In this document: positions 28,156-31,080 of the stretch, piece after piece
Layout of the letters: each line of letters opens with the position of its first letter
Position numbering within the stretch: the first letter of the stretch is position 1
DNA from: Gemmatimonadota bacterium
GTDB taxonomy: Bacteria; Gemmatimonadota; Gemmatimonadetes; Longimicrobiales; RSA9
Assembly: GCA_040905425.1 (NCBI GenBank)
Contig: JBBDRO010000061.1
Coordinates: 1 to 31,080 of the forward strand
DNA length: 31,080 nucleotides
Direction of reading: 5' to 3'
Made by a program: the position numbers and the translations under genes
Notes under the pieces: generated by a model
Told to the model about the DNA's origin: nothing
The model's database searches: none
The model's input: only the letters and a program-made list of their open reading frames with translations

Positions 28156-28245
28156 CGGTGCCAGACCGAGGCGCGCCCGCGGTCGCCGGGCCGGCCCATC
28201 CTCCGCGCGCTGCGCGACCCCGTAAAGGAACAGAGAGGAAACGCC

Positions 28246-28680
28246 ATGGAGGAGCTTCGTGGAGAGCGCATCCGCGTGACCCTGCGCTGGATCCAGATCC
28301 TGGACAATCTCGAGCCTGCGTGGAAGGAGCGGGGAGAATTTCGCTTCTTCGCCACCGTCTCCAGCCGCAACGGTGACGTCCGGCAGGACACCAAGTTCCC
28401 CGAGGAGGGGCATTACGAGATATCCGATCACCCGGCGTGGAACAAGATGAACCTGGACAAGGTTCTCTTCGATGGGATGATTACGGACCACATCAAGGTG
28501 GAGCTGCGCGGCGAGGAGCTCGACATGATGAGCGCCAACGACCAGCTCGACCACTACACGCGGGAGTTCGAAGGGGCACCGGCGTCATGGATCGGTCTCT
28601 ACGAGCCGCACGATGAGGAATCGGACGACCCGGAGAACATGACCAACTGGCGTATCTGCTACGAGATCGCACAGGTCTGA
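28246..28680 (+). CDS. Hypothetical acidic protein (144 aa), probable beta-sandwich
   Basis: GAGAGG RBS, upstream promoter, protein-like composition with GC3-rich codons. Confidence 0.75.
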   Translation: MEELRGERIRVTLRWIQILDNLEPAWKERGEFRFFATVSSRNGDVRQDTKFPEEGHYEISDHPAWNKMNLDKVLFDGMITDHIKVELRGEELDMMSANDQLDHYTREFEGAPASWIGLYEPHDEESDDPENMTNWRICYEIAQV

Positions 28681-28714
28681 GCCGGCACAAGCCGCTTGAA
28701 TGGGTCCGGGTCCG

Positions 28715-29458
28715 TCAGGTTCCGGACCCGGTTGCGCATCCATCGGCCGGATCGTGAAAATCCGGGTGCGGCGCGACTACGTGGCGGTCCTCCAGTTGTC
28801 CGAGCATGTGCCGGAACCCGTCCCTCAGCAGCGGATAGCGCACGCGGTAGCCGCGCCGATACACGGCAAAGAGGATGCGCCGCACCTCCTGGACGGGTAG
28901 CTCGCGGCGCCTGTCCCCCACCGGTTGCCGATAGAGCACGTAGCGGGCCGGGGCCGCCCCGGGTACCATCCCCGGATGGTAGTAATCCAGGTCGAAGACG
29001 ATGGCGTCACGTTCGCGGATGAGCCGGCGCAGCCACTGGTTGTCGTGGCGGACCTCCCCGAGCACCCAAGCCAGGTCATCCCACTCCGCGCGCCGGGCAT
29101 CCTCGCGGCACAGGTCCACGAGCCGGGTGCGGAGCCGCCGCGCCACGCCCTGCGCACGGTAGGCGGACCGCACGGCCAGATAGGTGACGAAGCCGGCATT
29201 GACCCCTTCCAGGTAAACGCCCACCACTGTGCCCATGACCGCGCCCTCGGAAGTCAGCATGGCCAGCAGGTGGTAGTCGTAGGCGGACAGGAGGTCCAGA
29301 CGCTTTTCGGAGATCTCGCAGCGGAGTTCGTCGAGCGACTGGCGGTCGGGGGGGTGGAACGCCTCCGCGATGGTCTCCAGCGCCGCGTCGGCCAGTGCCG
29401 TGCGCTCGTCCATGATCTCCTCGATCCGCCCTGCGCCGCCGTCCGCCGGAAGGCTCAC
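28715..29458 (-). CDS. GNAT family acetyltransferase
   Basis: YLAVRSAYRAQGVARRL acetyl-CoA motif A; GTGA overlap with the amidohydrolase stop (alternative start ATG 29413). Confidence 0.8.
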   Translation of the reverse strand: MSLPADGGAGRIEEIMDERTALADAALETIAEAFHPPDRQSLDELRCEISEKRLDLLSAYDYHLLAMLTSEGAVMGTVVGVYLEGVNAGFVTYLAVRSAYRAQGVARRLRTRLVDLCREDARRAEWDDLAWVLGEVRHDNQWLRRLIRERDAIVFDLDYYHPGMVPGAAPARYVLYRQPVGDRRRELPVQEVRRILFAVYRRGYRVRYPLLRDGFRHMLGQLEDRHVVAPHPDFHDPADGCATGSGT

Positions 29459-30321
29459 GTCGTCGGCTCTTCCTGGGCGCCCGCCCGCTTACCAGCGCCG
29501 TCGCGGGCACGCCGGATCTCTTCCACGTCCAGGCGGAAGATGCGGGCAGAGTTGATCCAGAAGATGAGGTCGTTCTCCTCGGTGGACAGCTGCAGGTTGC
29601 GTACAAACCGGATGTAGCTGTCCATGCTGCAGATGGGCCAATCCGTTCCGTACAGGAGCTTCTCGGGATTACCCGCGAAGGCCACCACCTCATTGACCTG
29701 CTGCAGCATGAGCTTTTCGAATCGTTCTTCGAACTTGCCCAGCGTGAGCCCCGAAACATCACCCACCACGTTCGGGTTCTTGTAGATCACCTCCATGGCA
29801 TCCGTCACCCACGGATTGCCCAGATGGCAGATGACGAAGTTCACGTCGGGAAAATCCACGGCCACCTCATCCACCTCCAGGGGATGGGCGTACTTGACCT
29901 TTCCCCGGGCCGTGAAGGTGTCCCCCGTGTGAATCATTACGGGCACGCCAAACTCGCCGGCCAGCTCGTAGACCACCCGCATGCGCGGGTCGTGCACATA
30001 GAAGGCCTCATAGCCCGGATACAGCTTCAGGCCCTTGATGCGGTCTTCCCTGAGCAGGGTCCGGAGATCGGCCAGATCATGCGCCGTGTAATTCTCGTAG
30101 CTGACACCCGCGACCACCCCGATCTGGGGGTCCAGGCCCACCACCTCCAGGAGTTCCTGGACGTTGGGGCGCCACTCGTTCGCAGCGTAGGATGATAGCA
30201 CGAGCGCGTAATCCACCCCGTTGGCCGCCATCTCCGTTTTCAGAGCCGAGTAGCGGTCGGTCAGCCGTTCTGGCTCGGCGGCGTCGTACCTATTAAGATG
30301 TACGTGGCAGTCGATGATCAT
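29455..30321 (-). CDS. Amidohydrolase_2 family metal-dependent hydrolase (288 aa)
   Basis: MIIDCHVH (HxH), GLKLYP, PVMIHTG, CHLGNP, YGTDWP, NSARIF; AGGA RBS before ATG 30321. Confidence 0.92.
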   Translation of the reverse strand: MIIDCHVHLNRYDAAEPERLTDRYSALKTEMAANGVDYALVLSSYAANEWRPNVQELLEVVGLDPQIGVVAGVSYENYTAHDLADLRTLLREDRIKGLKLYPGYEAFYVHDPRMRVVYELAGEFGVPVMIHTGDTFTARGKVKYAHPLEVDEVAVDFPDVNFVICHLGNPWVTDAMEVIYKNPNVVGDVSGLTLGKFEERFEKLMLQQVNEVVAFAGNPEKLLYGTDWPICSMDSYIRFVRNLQLSTEENDLIFWINSARIFRLDVEEIRRARDGAGKRAGAQEEPTT

Positions 30322-30543
30322 GACGTCCTGTCGTGATGGAATAGGCAGGAATACACGCCATGCAGCACGGATCGTACCGGCGGTGAACGGACGCATGCAA
30401 CTTTTGGAGGCATGGGGTGTATTCGGGCTGACGCCAATCGGCGCAAGTACTTTTCCGACCTGCCGAATCGACGGCGGCACCGCCGTACAGGTGCCGGGCG
30501 GACGCGCGTGCTCGCGCGCATCACTGGCATGCGGAGTGAAAGA

Positions 30544-31080
30544 ATGGCCAATTCCAACAGCTCGCGGCGGATCTCGATGGATGACCTCTTCGTGGATCCG
30601 AACGACCGGCCGGGTTGGGTGACCGCCGACGTTCGTCTCCCCCGCAAGGGCGAGACGGTCTTCTGCGCCGAGGGCGAGGCGGAACTCATCCGCGTCCTGG
30701 GCAAGACCGGCGAAGGGAGCCGCCTCCTGGAGTTGCAACTGCCCGGTGAGCGCACACCACCCTTCTTTGCTGCCTCATCCAACGTCCTGGTAGCACCCGC
30801 CTCGGCATCCGAAAAGCGCGCGGCGTCGAGAAGGAAGCGCGTGGCCCGCAAGAAGGCCGCAGCTGCCGAGGCGGCCTACGTGGCGAGCGTGGCCGCTGCC
30901 AAGTCGGCGCGCAAAAAGCGCGCTTTGGAAAAAGCCGCCCCCGCGCGGAAGGCTGCCACGAAGGCTGCCACGAAGCCCGCCAAAGCCAGCAAGCCGGCTA
31001 CGGCCAGCAAGACCGCGAAGACCACGAAGCCCGCCAAAGCCAGCAAGCCGGCTACGGCCAGCAAGACCGCGAAGACCAAG
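30544..31080 (+). CDS. Partial ORF: small globular N-terminal domain plus Lys/Ala/Pro/Thr-rich histone H1-like tail
   Basis: Translated by hand: GGAG RBS, ATG 30544, open for 179 codons to the window end (MANSNSSRRISMDDLFVDP...KAATKAATKPAKASKPATASKTAK); absent from the ORF track because no stop falls in the window. Confidence 0.85.
   Translation, partial: MANSNSSRRISMDDLFVDPNDRPGWVTADVRLPRKGETVFCAEGEAELIRVLGKTGEGSRLLELQLPGERTPPFFAASSNVLVAPASASEKRAASRRKRVARKKAAAAEAAYVASVAAAKSARKKRALEKAAPARKAATKAATKPAKASKPATASKTAKTTKPAKASKPATASKTAKTK
30970..31077 (+). repeat. Perfect 54-bp tandem duplication (TKPAKASKPATASKTAKT x2), preceded by a 12-bp duplication at 30949-30972
   Basis: 30970-31023 is identical to 31024-31077; AAGGCTGCCACG occurs twice. 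Confidence 0.9.

Noticed and set aside
29455..30738. 427-aa version of the amidohydrolase
   Set aside because: The family begins at MIIDCHVH (30321); the extension overlaps the divergent plus-strand gene starting at 30544
30949..31077. Tandem repeats as a possible CRISPR array
   Set aside because: The repeats are contiguous, in-frame and have no spacers; no cas genes are present
30876..31079. 67-aa hydrophobic repeat ORF on the minus strand
   Set aside because: Antisense of the Lys/Ala-rich tail; the plus frame has an RBS, a start codon and a globular domain

Overview
High-GC (visually ~70%) bacterial chromosomal window from a diderm organism (Gemmatimonadota-like by general style; inference only). 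Left part: a minus-strand metal-uptake operon made of a membrane-anchored DtxR/MntR-FeoA fusion, FeoB, a di-heme oxidoreductase lipoprotein, a Tat-exported Rieske protein and an outer-membrane beta-barrel. Its TTGACG-N17-TACAGT promoter is overlapped by a TTAG-N6-CTAA operator. Divergent from it lies nrfHA, whose NrfA has CxxCH instead of CxxCK at heme 1. A 160-bp MITE-like hairpin element sits in the CTAG shared by the convergent nrfA and mntR-like stop codons. Middle: a kinase/M23-like/aminotransferase-III fusion, a CHASE histidine kinase, an ArsC-like/CaiB/M1 peptidase/MOSC/MFS operon and a beta-propeller lipoprotein. Right part: a SCO/PCuAC/CtaG copper cluster coupled to a short RecQ, an SRPBCC protein with a PAS-GAF histidine kinase, an amidohydrolase with a GNAT, and a histone-H1-like-tailed ORF that the ORF track missed and that runs off the window end. 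I recognised no rRNA, tRNA, CRISPR array or transposase. All family calls come from motif recognition by eye, not database searches.
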